A stretch of DNA of 64,000 nt from an uncultured Thermus sp. (lineage in GTDB: Bacteria; Deinococcota; Deinococci; Deinococcales; Thermaceae), in assembly GCA_947085095.1 (NCBI GenBank), contig CAMTVD010000009.1, forward strand, positions 32,199-96,198, read 5' to 3'. The position numbers and the translations under genes were made by a program. Under the pieces are notes generated by a model. It was not told the origin of the DNA. It did no database searches and worked only from the letters and a program-made list of their open reading frames with translations. Position 1 is the first letter of the stretch; each line of letters opens with the position of its first letter. This document shows positions 50,843 to 60,692 of this stretch, one piece after another.

Positions 50843-51970
50843 ATGCTCTTCGGCCGGGAAAGGCTTCTTGAGCTGGAGGAAAGCCGCCTGGCCCCCTACG
50901 CGCAAAAGGCCAGGGACACCCGGGGGCGGGCCCACCCGGAGCCCGAGCCCCGCTACCGCACCCCCTACCAGAAGGACCGGGACCGGATCCTCCACACCAC
51001 CGCCTTCCGCCGCCTGGAGTACAAGACCCAGGTCTTCCCCAACTGGGCGGGGGACTATTACCGGACCCGGCTGACGCACACCCTGGAGGTGGTCCAGGTG
51101 GCCCGCTCCATCGCCCGGGCCCTGGGCCTCAACGAGGACCTCACCGAGGCCATCGCCCTCTCCCACGACCTGGGCCACCCCCCCTTCGGCCACACCGGGG
51201 AGAGGGTCCTGGACGAGCTCATGCGGGAGGAGGGGGGCTTTGAGCACAACGCCCAGGCCCTGAGGATCCTCACCCACCTGGAGGAGCGCTACCCGGGCTT
51301 TAGGGGCCTCAACCTGACCCACGAGGTCCTGGAGGGGATCGCCACCCACGAGACCACCTACGCCCCCAGTTTCAAGCCCCTCTACCCGGGGCAGGGGACC
51401 CTCGAGGCCCAGGTGGTGGACCTGGCGGACGCCATCGCCTACGCCGCCCACGACCTGGACGATGGCCTCCGCTCTGGCCTCCTCGCCCCCGAGGAGCTTT
51501 CCCAGGTTCCCCTCCTCAAGGCCCTGGCCCAGGAGGAGGGGCTCGCCCTCTTCCCCCTCACCGAGCTGGGAAGGCGGGTTTTGGTCCGCCAGCTTTTGGG
51601 TTACCTGATCACCGAGGCCACGGAGGCCACCCATAAGAAGGTGGAAGCGGCGGGAGTGAAAAGCGCCGAAGCCGTGCGCCGCCACCCCGAGCGCCTGGCG
51701 GGCCTCTCCCCCGAGGGGGAAAAGGCCCTGAGGGAGCTCAAGGCCTTCCTCAGGGAAAGGCTCTACCGCCACCCCAGGGTCCTGGAGGAGAGGCGGAAGG
51801 CGGAGATCGTCCTAAGGGAACTCTTCCACACCTACACCCGCTACCCGGAGCTTCTCCCCAGGGAGGTCCAGGGGCGGATGGAGGCGGAAGGCTTGAGGGC
51901 GGTGTGCGACTACCTGGCGGGGATGACGGACCGCTACGCCCTGGAGGCCTACCGCCGCCTCTACCCTTAG
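50843..51970 (+). CDS. dgt: Deoxyguanosinetriphosphate triphosphohydrolase-like HD protein
   Basis: FRRLEYKTQV, RTRLTHTLEV, HDLGHPPFGH, DYLAGMTD. Confidence 0.92.
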   Translation: MLFGRERLLELEESRLAPYAQKARDTRGRAHPEPEPRYRTPYQKDRDRILHTTAFRRLEYKTQVFPNWAGDYYRTRLTHTLEVVQVARSIARALGLNEDLTEAIALSHDLGHPPFGHTGERVLDELMREEGGFEHNAQALRILTHLEERYPGFRGLNLTHEVLEGIATHETTYAPSFKPLYPGQGTLEAQVVDLADAIAYAAHDLDDGLRSGLLAPEELSQVPLLKALAQEEGLALFPLTELGRRVLVRQLLGYLITEATEATHKKVEAAGVKSAEAVRRHPERLAGLSPEGEKALRELKAFLRERLYRHPRVLEERRKAEIVLRELFHTYTRYPELLPREVQGRMEAEGLRAVCDYLAGMTDRYALEAYRRLYP

Positions 51971-51985
51971 GCGTAGACTGGTAGG

Positions 51986-53179
51986 GTGAAAACCCTAGAG
52001 TGGAATACGCTTTTTGGCCAAGGCGCCGAGCGGATCCAGGCCTCCACCATCCGGGAGCTCCTCAAGCTCACCCAGCGCCCGGGGGTGATCAGCTTCGCCG
52101 GGGGGCTTCCCGCCCCCGAGCTTTTCCCCAAGGAGGAGGCGGCGGAAAAGGCGGCGAAGATCCTTAAGGAGAAGGGCGAGGTGGCCCTGCAGTACGGGCC
52201 CACCGAGGGCTACCCCCCCTTGCGGGCCTTTGTGGCGGAGTGGCTGGGAGTGGGGGTGGAGGAGGTCCTCATCACCACGGGAAGCCAGCAGGCCCTGGAC
52301 CTTTTGGGCAAGGTCTTCCTGGAGGAGGGGGCCCCGGTCCTCCTCGAGGCCCCCAGCTACCTGGGGGCCATCCAGGCCTTCCGCGCCTACGGTCCCCGCT
52401 TCCTCACCGTGCCCGCGGGGGAGGAGGGCCCGGACCTAAAGGCCCTGGCCGAGGTCCTGCAGAGGGAGCGCCCCCGCTTCCTCTACCTCATCCCCTCCTT
52501 CCAGAACCCCGCGGGGGGCCTGATGCCCCTAAGGGCGCGGGAGAGGCTTCTGGAAATGGCCATGGAAAAGGGCCTGGTGGTGGTGGAGGACGACGCCTAC
52601 CGGGAGCTTTACTTCGGAGAAAGTCGCCTTCCGAGCCTCTTTGAGCTCTCCCGCGAGGCGGGGTATCCTGGGGTCATCTACCTGTCCAGCTTCTCCAAGG
52701 TCCTGGCCCCAGGCCTGAGGGTGGCCTTCGCCCTGGCCCACCCCGAGGTCCTCCTCAAGCTCACCCAGGCCAAGCAGGGGGTGGACCTCCACACCCCCGC
52801 CCTCAACCAGATCCTGGTCCACGAGCTCCTGAAGGAGGGCCTCCTGGAGCGCCTTTCCCGGGTCCGCCAGGTCTACCGGGAAAAGGCCAGGGCCATGCTG
52901 GAGGCCCTGGAACGGGAGATGCCCAAGGAGGTGGCCTACACCCGGCCCAAAGGCGGCATGTTCGTCTGGATGGAGCTTCCAAAAGGGCTTTCCGCGGAGG
53001 CGCTTTTGTCCAAGGCCCTGGAGGAGAACGTGGCCTTCGTGCCGGGGGGACCCTTCTTCGCCTTAGGGGGCGGGGAGAACACCCTAAGGCTTTCCTACGC
53101 CACCATGGACCAGGCCCGCATCGCCGAAGGGGTGCGCCGCCTGGGGAAGGCCCTCAGGGGCCTCCTCACCCCCGCCTAA
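51986..53179 (+). CDS. lysN: PLP-dependent aminotransferase, likely 2-aminoadipate transaminase
   Basis: ISFAGGLP, TGSQQALD, FQNP, EDDAY, SFSKVLAPGLR. Confidence 0.82.
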   Translation: MKTLEWNTLFGQGAERIQASTIRELLKLTQRPGVISFAGGLPAPELFPKEEAAEKAAKILKEKGEVALQYGPTEGYPPLRAFVAEWLGVGVEEVLITTGSQQALDLLGKVFLEEGAPVLLEAPSYLGAIQAFRAYGPRFLTVPAGEEGPDLKALAEVLQRERPRFLYLIPSFQNPAGGLMPLRARERLLEMAMEKGLVVVEDDAYRELYFGESRLPSLFELSREAGYPGVIYLSSFSKVLAPGLRVAFALAHPEVLLKLTQAKQGVDLHTPALNQILVHELLKEGLLERLSRVRQVYREKARAMLEALEREMPKEVAYTRPKGGMFVWMELPKGLSAEALLSKALEENVAFVPGGPFFALGGGENTLRLSYATMDQARIAEGVRRLGKALRGLLTPA

Positions 53180-53208
53180 GGGTATAATCCCTGCCAAAGG
53201 AGGCGAGG

Positions 53209-54345
53209 ATGGAAAGGCTATCCCGGCTGAGGACGGTGCTATACGCGGCCAAGGACCACCCGGTCTACCGGGAGAAGTTCAAGGACCTGGACCCGGAGAA
53301 GGTGACCCTGGAGGACCTCAAGGACCTCCCCCTCACCACTCGGGAGGAGTGGGTGGCCTTCCTCAAGGAAAACCCCAGGCCCCCCGAGGGGGCGAGCCTC
53401 ATGCACCTCACCCCAAGCCCCCACCTGGGCTGGATGCCCGAGTACCTCTCCCAAGAAGACCTCCGCTACCAGGCGGAGGCCCTGGCGGCCCACTACCGCC
53501 GCCTGGGCCTCGTGGGCAGGAAGGTCCTGGTGGCCTTCAGCTACCACGTCTTCGCCGGGGGCTGGCTCTTCCACCAGGCCCTGTGGCGGGCGGGGAACCT
53601 GGTCTTCCCCCATGGCCCCGGAGAAGCGGCCCGCATCGCCGAGATCGGGCAGGCCTACGGGTTTGACGTCCTGGTCACCAACCCCTCCTTCGCCCTCAAG
53701 GTGGGGCAGGCAGGGGGGCGCTTCCCCCTCCTCCTGGCCGGGGGGGAGCCCTTCACCTCCGTCCCCGGCTTCCGGGAGGGGGTGGAGGCCGCCCTAGGGG
53801 GGGTGGCCCTGGACGCCTACGGCACCAGCGAGCTGGGGATCGTGGCCGGGGAGCGCCCGGAGAAGGACGGGCTTTGGGAGATCCCGGAGATGGCGGTCCT
53901 CGAGGTCCTGGACCCCGAGACCCTGAGGCCGGTGAGTGACGGGGAGAAGGGGGAGCTGGTGGTCACCGCCCTAAGCCGCACCCTGATGCCCATGGTGCGC
54001 TTCCGCACCGGGGACCTGGCCATCGCCGAGAAGCGGGAGGGGCTTGTGGTGCTTCCCCGGGGCGTCTTCGGCCGCACGGATGCCATGGTAAAGGTCAAGG
54101 GGGTGAAGCTCTACCCCACGGAGCTCGCCCCCATCCTGGCGGGCTTCGGCCTGGACCCCAGGGGCTTCCAGGTGGTGGTGGAGAGGAAGCTGGAGGGCAC
54201 GGACAAGCTCATCCTCCGCCTCAAGGCGGAGAAAGTGCCCCCGGGCCTCCTGGAGGCCATCGGCAAGGCCACCGGCCTCAGGGTGGACGAGGTGGAGCTG
54301 GCGGGGGAACTCGAGGGAGGCCTGGTCCAAGACCGACGGTTCTAA
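53209..54345 (+). CDS. Phenylacetate--CoA ligase family protein
   Basis: GGEP, AYGTSE, GELVVT, RFRTGD, GRTD..VKVKG. Confidence 0.82.
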   Translation: MERLSRLRTVLYAAKDHPVYREKFKDLDPEKVTLEDLKDLPLTTREEWVAFLKENPRPPEGASLMHLTPSPHLGWMPEYLSQEDLRYQAEALAAHYRRLGLVGRKVLVAFSYHVFAGGWLFHQALWRAGNLVFPHGPGEAARIAEIGQAYGFDVLVTNPSFALKVGQAGGRFPLLLAGGEPFTSVPGFREGVEAALGGVALDAYGTSELGIVAGERPEKDGLWEIPEMAVLEVLDPETLRPVSDGEKGELVVTALSRTLMPMVRFRTGDLAIAEKREGLVVLPRGVFGRTDAMVKVKGVKLYPTELAPILAGFGLDPRGFQVVVERKLEGTDKLILRLKAEKVPPGLLEAIGKATGLRVDEVELAGELEGGLVQDRRF

Positions 54346-54353
54346 GCGCCCCG

Positions 54354-54389
54354 ACAAGCCCCCAACCCCGCTCCCGGGTGGGGGCTTGT
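54354..54389. terminator. Inverted repeat / terminator
   Basis: ACAAGCCCCCA...TGGGGGCTTGT. Confidence 0.65.
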
Positions 54390-54486
54390 TAATCTTCTCT
54401 CATAAGAGGACGGTATACTCTTGGCTAAAGCAAAGGGGCCCTTGCGGTATAGTGAGGGCAAACCCTGTCCTTGGGCAGAAGGAGGC

Positions 54487-55410
54487 ATGATGCGGTTTTT
54501 TGTGGTGGGCGACGTTTCTGTGGACCTACTCTTCTTCGTGGAGCGCATCCCTGAACCCGGGGAGGAACTCCCCTCCCGCCGGGCCCTCATGAAGCCGGGG
54601 GGGGCCGGGGGGACCCTGGCGGCCCAGCTCGCCAGCCTGGGCCACCGCGTCTTTTTGGTGGGCCGGGTGGGCCAAGACCCCTTCGCCGAGCTGGCCCTGA
54701 GCCGGGTGCGGGAGGTGGGGGTGGACCTCCGCCACCTCCAAGAAGACCCCGAGCACACCACGAGCTCGGTCCTCATCCTGGTGGTCCCGGGAGGGGAAAG
54801 GGCCATGGTGAGCGCGGAAGGGGCGAGCCGCTATCTGGACCCCTCCCTCTTCAAGCCCCGCTTCCTGGACCAGGCGGACGCCGTGGTCCTCTCCGCCTAC
54901 GCCCTGGTGGGGGGGCCTTCCCGCAGCTACGCGGTGGAGGTCCTCGAGGCCGCCAGAAAGCGGGAGATGCCCATCTTCGCCGACCTGGGCACGGGAGCGG
55001 TGCGGGCGGCGGGGAAGGAACTCTTAAAGCACCTAAGGGGGGTGAGCTGGCTCCTCATGAACCAGACGGAGCTCCTGGCCCTCACCGGGGCCTCCTCCCT
55101 CTCCGAGGGGGTGGCGAGGCTTCGGGAAGAGGGCTTCCGGCACCTGGCCATCAAGGTGGGGGCCATGGGCTCCATCGTGGTCACCCCGGAAGGGGAGGAG
55201 CTCCTCGAGCCCTACCCGGTGGAGGACATCGTGGACTCCACGGGGGCGGGGGACGCCTACACCGCCGCTTTCGCCCACACCATCCTCTCGGGGAAAAATC
55301 CCGTGGAGGCCGCCCGCCTGGCCAACCTGGCGGGGGCCCTGGCGGCCACGGGCCTGGGAGCCCAAGGGAGGCTCCTCCGCCTAGAGGACCTGGAAGTGGC
55401 CGCGGGCTAG
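54487..55410 (+). CDS. PfkB family carbohydrate kinase
   Basis: PGGAG, GRVGQD, DSTGAGDAY; AGGAGG SD. Confidence 0.92.
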   Translation: MMRFFVVGDVSVDLLFFVERIPEPGEELPSRRALMKPGGAGGTLAAQLASLGHRVFLVGRVGQDPFAELALSRVREVGVDLRHLQEDPEHTTSSVLILVVPGGERAMVSAEGASRYLDPSLFKPRFLDQADAVVLSAYALVGGPSRSYAVEVLEAARKREMPIFADLGTGAVRAAGKELLKHLRGVSWLLMNQTELLALTGASSLSEGVARLREEGFRHLAIKVGAMGSIVVTPEGEELLEPYPVEDIVDSTGAGDAYTAAFAHTILSGKNPVEAARLANLAGALAATGLGAQGRLLRLEDLEVAAG

Positions 55411-55977
55411 GGCCAAAAAGGCCAGGCCCGCCCGCCCGCTCTTCTCCGGGTGGAACTGGGGAGCGAGGAGGTTTTCCCTGGCCAAGAGGGCGGTGAAGGG
55501 GGTACCCTCGTACTCCCCCACCCCCAGGGAGTGGGGGGTCAGGGGGCCATAGTAGGAGTTGGCGAAGTAGAAGTGGCGGCCGGAGAGGCCAGAAAAAGCC
55601 CCCTCCAGCCTGACCCGGTTCCAGCCCATCTGGGGTACCCTTCCCCGGGGGAAGCGGCGCACCACCCCGGGAAAGAGGCCCAGGCCCTTCACCCCGGGGG
55701 CCTCCTCGCTCTCCTCGTAGAGGACCTGCATGCCCACGCAGATGCCCAAAAAGGGCAAGCCCTTTTGGATGTGGGCCAGAACCCTTTCCGCGAAGCCCGA
55801 GGCCTGGAAGGCGGCCATCACCTGGCCGAAGTGCCCCTGGCCCGGCAGGACCAGAAGGTCCGCCTCCGGATGGGCCCGGGGGTCCGAGGAGACCATGACG
55901 GCGAAGCCCGCGGCCTCCAGGGCCTTGGCGGCGCTCCTCAGGTTCCCCGAGCCGTAGTCAATGAGGAGAGCCTTCAT
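55381..55977 (-). CDS. hisH: Imidazole glycerol phosphate synthase glutaminase subunit
   Basis: DYGSGNLRS, GICVGMQ, QFHPEKS. Confidence 0.95.
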   Translation of the reverse strand: MKALLIDYGSGNLRSAAKALEAAGFAVMVSSDPRAHPEADLLVLPGQGHFGQVMAAFQASGFAERVLAHIQKGLPFLGICVGMQVLYEESEEAPGVKGLGLFPGVVRRFPRGRVPQMGWNRVRLEGAFSGLSGRHFYFANSYYGPLTPHSLGVGEYEGTPFTALLARENLLAPQFHPEKSGRAGLAFLALARGHFQVL

Positions 55978-56558
55978 AGGATGCCCTTGGTGCTGGGAAG
56001 CCCCTCCCCGGTAATCCGGGTGGCCCGGTGGAGGGCCCGGGCCAGGGCCTTGAAGCTGGCCTCCACCACGTGGTGGGCCTCGCGCCCGGAGAGGAGCCTG
56101 AGGTGGAGGGTGAGCCTTCCGTGGTTCACCAGGCCCCTCAGGAACTCCCTAAGGTGGTAGTGGTTCACCCCGCCCGCCTCCCCCACCACGGGCCACTCCT
56201 CGGGGCGGTACTCCAGGTGGGGCCTCCCCGAGAGGTCCAAGGCGCAGAGGACTAAGGTCTCGTCCATGGGGGCGAAGGCCTCGGCGTAGCGCTCCAGGCC
56301 CCTCCCCTCCCCCAGGGCCTCCTTCAGGGCCATGCCCAGGGCGATGCCCACGTCCTCCACCAGGTGGTGCACGTCCACCTCGAGGTCCCCCTTGGCCTCC
56401 ACCTCCAGGAGGAAGCGCCCGTGCCGCTGGAGCTGAAGGAGCATGTGGTCCAGAAAGGGAAGCCCCGTGGCCACCTCTCCCCCCACGGGGCCGTCCAGGC
56501 CCAGCCTCAGGCGGACCCAGGTCTCCGCCGTGGCCCTTTCCACCAGGGCCTCACGCAT
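55974..56558 (-). CDS. hisB: Imidazoleglycerol-phosphate dehydratase
   Basis: FLDHML, DVHHLVED, PMDE, HHVVEASFK, PSTKG. Confidence 0.95.
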   Translation of the reverse strand: MREALVERATAETWVRLRLGLDGPVGGEVATGLPFLDHMLLQLQRHGRFLLEVEAKGDLEVDVHHLVEDVGIALGMALKEALGEGRGLERYAEAFAPMDETLVLCALDLSGRPHLEYRPEEWPVVGEAGGVNHYHLREFLRGLVNHGRLTLHLRLLSGREAHHVVEASFKALARALHRATRITGEGLPSTKGIL

Positions 56559-57594
56559 AGGCCACCTCAAAGGCCGCTCTTAAAAAGGCCTCCATCTCCT
56601 CCCTAAGGCCCACGGTCACCCGGATGCACCCCTCAAGCCCCGGGTAGCGGTCCTGCCTTCGCACCAAGATGCCCTGCTGGAGGAGGTGGTGGTAGGCCCC
56701 CTCGGCATCGGGGGTGCGCACCAGGAGGAAGTTGGTGTGGCTCGGGTAGGGGCGCCAAAGGGGGTGCTGGCTAAGCCTCTCGTAGACCCTATCCCGCTCC
56801 TTTCGCACATAGTCCGCCACCTCCTCCGCATAGCCCGGATTTTCCAGGACCACCTCCAGAATGGCCCCGGTGTGGGCGGGGAGGACAAAGGGGGGAAGCA
56901 CCTCCCGCACCACCTCCGCCACCTCCGGGCTCGCCAGGAGGTACCCCGCCCGGATGCCTCCCAGGGAGAAGGCCTTGGAGAAGGTGCGCAGGAGGGCCAC
57001 GTGGGGGTTATCCCGCCCCAAGGGGGAGAAGTCCGTCCCGGAAAACTCCCGGTAGGCCTCGTCCACCACGAGAAGCCCCCCCACCTCCCTGGCCCTTTCC
57101 GCCAGGGCCTTCAGGGACTCCTCGGGGAAAAGGGCCCCCGTGGGGGCGTGGGGGTTGGGGAGGAAGAAGACCCCCCCGGTGAAGGCGGCGAGGAGGGCCT
57201 TTAGGTCCAGGGAGAAGCCCTCGGCCAGGGGCACCACCCGGTAAGGGGTCCCCGCCACCCTGGCGGCGTGGGCGTAGTGGGGGAAGGAGGGGCTTAGGTC
57301 CAGGACCTCCTCCGCCGCCACCGCCAGGGCCAGGATGAGGAGGTTGGACCCCGGGGAGAGGACCACCCCCTCCTCTGGCCAGCCCCAAAGGGCAGCTAGC
57401 CGCCTTCTCAGGCCTTCGGCGTGGATCTCCGGGTAGCGGTTCCAGGGGAGGCGGGCCATACGCCTCAGGGCCTCCTCCTTAAGGGCCTCCGGCAGGTCAA
57501 AGGGGCTCTCGTTCTGGTCCAGCTTGATGGGGGCCTCCACCTTAGCGTAGGGGTAAGGGGAAAGACCCCGGAGGTGCGCCTTGAAGGCCCGCAT
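56551..57594 (-). CDS. hisC: Histidinol-phosphate aminotransferase
   Basis: LDQNESP, PNPHAPTG, DEAY, RTFSKAFSLGGIR. Confidence 0.93.
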   Translation of the reverse strand: MRAFKAHLRGLSPYPYAKVEAPIKLDQNESPFDLPEALKEEALRRMARLPWNRYPEIHAEGLRRRLAALWGWPEEGVVLSPGSNLLILALAVAAEEVLDLSPSFPHYAHAARVAGTPYRVVPLAEGFSLDLKALLAAFTGGVFFLPNPHAPTGALFPEESLKALAERAREVGGLLVVDEAYREFSGTDFSPLGRDNPHVALLRTFSKAFSLGGIRAGYLLASPEVAEVVREVLPPFVLPAHTGAILEVVLENPGYAEEVADYVRKERDRVYERLSQHPLWRPYPSHTNFLLVRTPDAEGAYHHLLQQGILVRRQDRYPGLEGCIRVTVGLREEMEAFLRAAFEVAYA

Positions 57595-57623
57595 AGGGGC
57601 AGTATACCGGGTAGACTTAAGGG

Positions 57624-58004
57624 GTGAACCGGGCGAGGGATTGGCTTTCCCAAGCGGAAAAGGACCTGGAGATGGCCGAGATCGCCCGGGGTGCGGGAAG
57701 GCACGAGTGGGCCTGCTTCGCCGCCCAGCAAGGGGCAGAGAAGGCGGTCAAGGCCCTCCACCTGCACCTGGGCCAGGAGGCCTGGGGGCACCTCATCGCC
57801 CGCCTTCTCCGGGAGCTTCCCCTGGAGGTGCCCCAGGACCTGGTGGAAAAGGCCCGCTACCTGGACAGCCTCTACATCCCCACCCGCTATCCCGACGCCT
57901 TCCCCGAAGGCCCTTCCGCGGAGCACTACGGCCCCCTTCAGAGCCAGCAGGCCCTGGACTATGCCCGCGAGATCCTTGCGTTCGCCCGTGCTCAGATGGC
58001 CTAG
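57624..58004 (+). CDS. HEPN-domain protein
   Basis: W..QA..DL..A, ACFAAQQGAEKAVKA, GHL, YIPTRYP. Confidence 0.9.
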   Translation: MNRARDWLSQAEKDLEMAEIARGAGRHEWACFAAQQGAEKAVKALHLHLGQEAWGHLIARLLRELPLEVPQDLVEKARYLDSLYIPTRYPDAFPEGPSAEHYGPLQSQQALDYAREILAFARAQMA

Positions 58005-58356
58005 CCGGGAGGAGGTGGAGGAGGCCCTCAAGGCCTGGCTCGCCCGCCACCCCATCCCGGGTCTTCTGGCCCTGGGCTACTTCGGCTCCTACGCCCGGGG
58101 GGACCACGGGGTGGGGAGCGACCTGGACCTGGTCCTGGTGGTAGGCCACTCCGACCTCCCTCCCTGGCAGCGGGCCATGGGGCTCCCCCTCGAGGAGCTC
58201 CCCGTGCCCACGGAGGCCCTGGTCTACACCCTCCCCGAGTGGCGGGGCCTGGCAGAGAGGAGTCCCCGCTTCGCCCGGGTCCTCCGGGAGGAGGCCCGCT
58301 GGCTCCTAGGGCCGGAAGTGGTCGTAGCCCTTTCTAAGGACCAGATCACCCCGTAG
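57961..58356 (+). CDS. Minimal nucleotidyltransferase (MNT) protein
   Basis: FGSYARGD...SDLDLVLV; start position uncertain. Confidence 0.85.
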   Translation: MPARSLRSPVLRWPSREEVEEALKAWLARHPIPGLLALGYFGSYARGDHGVGSDLDLVLVVGHSDLPPWQRAMGLPLEELPVPTEALVYTLPEWRGLAERSPRFARVLREEARWLLGPEVVVALSKDQITP

Positions 58357-59247
58357 GTAGACTCCCTCCCCCTCCCCCACCCGCCCGGCGCGGAAGAGGG
58401 GCAGGCCCGCCCCCCGCGCCTTGGCCAAAACCGCCCCCTCCCTCTCCGGCGGCACCAGCAAGACCGCCTCAAACTCCTCCCCCCCGTAGAGGACCAGCTC
58501 CAAGGCCTCCTCCTCGCTCCCCGCGAAGGCCAGGACGTCGGGGTAGAGGGGGAGGGCCTCGAGGTCCACCCGCACCCCGAGCTCAGAGACTTGCCAGAGG
58601 GTTTCCGCCAGGCCGTCGGAGGAGTCCAGGCTCCCTCGGGGAAGGCCAGCGAGGGCCAAGAGCTCAAGGCGCGGAAGGGGATAGAAGACAGCCTCCCGGA
58701 TCTCCGCGAAGCTCTCCAGGGAAATCCCCTGGTAGTGGGCCCGGATGCCGGCCCCCGTCCGCCCCCAGCGGTCCCCGGCCAGGTAGAGGAGGTCCCCAGG
58801 CAGGGCCTTCCGGGGCAGGGGGGCCTCGCTCAGGGCAAAGCCGGACACGGTGAGGGCCACCTCCTCCCCGGCGTTGGTGTCCCCCCCGAGGAGCGGGGCC
58901 CCAAGCCGCCTCGCCGCCTCCACCGCCCCTCTCACCAGCTCCAGGGCGAAAGCCTCCTCGAGGTCCCAGGGCAGGAAAAGCCCCAGGGTGAAGCCCAGGG
59001 GACGCCCCATCTTGGAGAGGAGATCGGAAGCCGTGGCCGCCACCCCCCTAAAGCCCACCTCAAAGGGTCCCATGCCCAGGAGGGCCACCTCCCGGTAGAG
59101 GAAGCCGTCCGTCTTCAGCAGCCAGGCCGCCTCCCCCACCCACACCCCCCCGGCGTCGTCCCCCGGGGGAAGGGGGGCCCCCTCGGGGTAGCCCAAGGGG
59201 GCAAGCCTCTTCAGGAGAGCCCGCTCGCCCAGGTCTCTAAGCCGCAT
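58306..59247 (-). CDS. thiL: Thiamine-monophosphate kinase
   Basis: GDDA, KTD, SDL..MG, GGDT, DSSDGL, GGEEFE. Confidence 0.9.
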   Translation of the reverse strand: MRLRDLGERALLKRLAPLGYPEGAPLPPGDDAGGVWVGEAAWLLKTDGFLYREVALLGMGPFEVGFRGVAATASDLLSKMGRPLGFTLGLFLPWDLEEAFALELVRGAVEAARRLGAPLLGGDTNAGEEVALTVSGFALSEAPLPRKALPGDLLYLAGDRWGRTGAGIRAHYQGISLESFAEIREAVFYPLPRLELLALAGLPRGSLDSSDGLAETLWQVSELGVRVDLEALPLYPDVLAFAGSEEEALELVLYGGEEFEAVLLVPPEREGAVLAKARGAGLPLFRAGRVGEGEGVYLRGDLVLRKGYDHFRP

Positions 59248-59274
59248 AGGCCCAGGCTAAGGTATCATGGCGGG

Positions 59275-59991
59275 GTGTGCCGGCTTGACCTGTGCCTGAG
59301 GCCCGTCTCCGGGCCCCTTTTCCTGGTGGAGGTCCTCCCCGCAGGAAGCCTCCTCACCCTCCTCCTCGCCCAGGGGGCGGAAGAGGTCTGGGTGGCCCCA
59401 GGCCCCAAGGTGGCCCGCCTCTTAGGGGAGGAGCTAGGGAAGGAGGCCCTCCTCCTGGGAGAGGTGGAAGGGTTCCCTCCTGAGGGCTTCCACGGGCGGC
59501 TCTCTTTGGTGGACCTGGAAAGGGCCGAGGTGAGGGGGAAAAAGGCCATCCTGGTGGCCCCCATCCTGAACGGAAGCCTCCTCCCGGGGGAAAGGGAGGT
59601 CTACCTGGCGAACCTGAGAAACGCCAAGGTCGCCCTGGACCTAGCCCGAACCCTAAACCCCCTCACCTTCCGCCCCGCCGGGGCCCCGGAGCCTCTCCTC
59701 TCGGCGGTGGTGGTGGCGGGGTTTTTCCAAAAGCGGCTCTCGCCGGAACGCCCCGCCACCCTGGCCACCGCCCTCCTCAAGGCCTTCCCCGACCCCCAGG
59801 AGGCCCTCTTCCAAAGCCCGGAGGGCCAGACCCTCCACAGGGAAGGGCGCACCGAGGAGCTGGCCCGGGCGAGCCTGATCGGGGTGGACCCCGTGGTGCC
59901 CAGGCTGGCCGAAACCCGTCTCTTCCCCAAGGAAGCCTTCGGCCTCACCCAGGACCGCTACGCCCAGAGGTTCGTGGCATGGAGCGCCTAG
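59275..59991 (+). CDS. 2-phosphosulfolactate phosphatase (ComB)-like protein, divergent
   Basis: LLGE..G.PPEGF, ANLRNA, SPEGQ.L...G...L; GTG start 6 nt after TATCAT. Confidence 0.65.
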   Translation: MCRLDLCLRPVSGPLFLVEVLPAGSLLTLLLAQGAEEVWVAPGPKVARLLGEELGKEALLLGEVEGFPPEGFHGRLSLVDLERAEVRGKKAILVAPILNGSLLPGEREVYLANLRNAKVALDLARTLNPLTFRPAGAPEPLLSAVVVAGFFQKRLSPERPATLATALLKAFPDPQEALFQSPEGQTLHREGRTEELARASLIGVDPVVPRLAETRLFPKEAFGLTQDRYAQRFVAWSA

Positions 59992-60683
59992 AGATCCTGG
60001 GTCTTCCCCTGGACCCCGTGGACATGGAGGAGGCCCTAGACCGCATCGGGGCCTTCCTGGAGGAGGCCAGGACCCACCAGGTGGTGACCCTGAACCCGGA
60101 GATGGTGGTGCGGGCCAGGGAGGACGAGGCCTTGAGGCGGGCGGTCCTGGAGGCCGAACTCATCACCCCGGACGGGGTGGGGATCCTCTGGGCGGCCAAG
60201 AAGCTCCATGGGGCGGCGCTGAAGGAGCGGGTCACGGGGGTGGACCTCACCCTGGCCCTCTTCGGGCGCTTCCCCGGGCTCAGGGTCTACCTCCTGGGGG
60301 GGAGGCCCGGGGTGGCGGAGCGGGCCGCCAAGGAGGTGGAAAGGCATGGGGCCAGGGTGGTGGGCCTCCACCACGGCTACTTCCGGGAGGAAGGCCCCGT
60401 GGTGGAGGAGATAGGGAGAAAGGCCCCAGACCTCCTCCTGGTGGGCATGGGGGAGAGGCAGGAGGCCTTCATCCACCGCCACAAGCCCCACCTGGGGGCC
60501 CGGGTGGCCATGGGGGTGGGGGGCACCCTGGACGTCCTGGCGGGGGAGGCCCGGCGCCCCCCCTTCTGGGCCCAGAGGCTGGGGCTGGAGTGGCTTTTAC
60601 GGGTGGGCCTGGACCCCAGGCGCTGGCGGCGGGCCCCCAGGCTTTGGCGCTTCGCTTACCTGGTCCTCAGGGAAAGGCGCTAG
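59979..60683 (+). CDS. WecB/TagA/CpsF family glycosyltransferase
   Basis: VTLNPE, PDGVG, ERVTGVDL, HHGYF, GVGG, LGLEWL.R. Confidence 0.92.
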   Translation: MERLEILGLPLDPVDMEEALDRIGAFLEEARTHQVVTLNPEMVVRAREDEALRRAVLEAELITPDGVGILWAAKKLHGAALKERVTGVDLTLALFGRFPGLRVYLLGGRPGVAERAAKEVERHGARVVGLHHGYFREEGPVVEEIGRKAPDLLLVGMGERQEAFIHRHKPHLGARVAMGVGGTLDVLAGEARRPPFWAQRLGLEWLLRVGLDPRRWRRAPRLWRFAYLVLRERR

Positions 60684-60692
60684 AATGCCTCC

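Noticed and set aside
50843..51970. dGTPase as an anti-phage defence gene
   Set aside because: It is a short housekeeping-type enzyme adjoining fabF in a core context with no defence neighbours.
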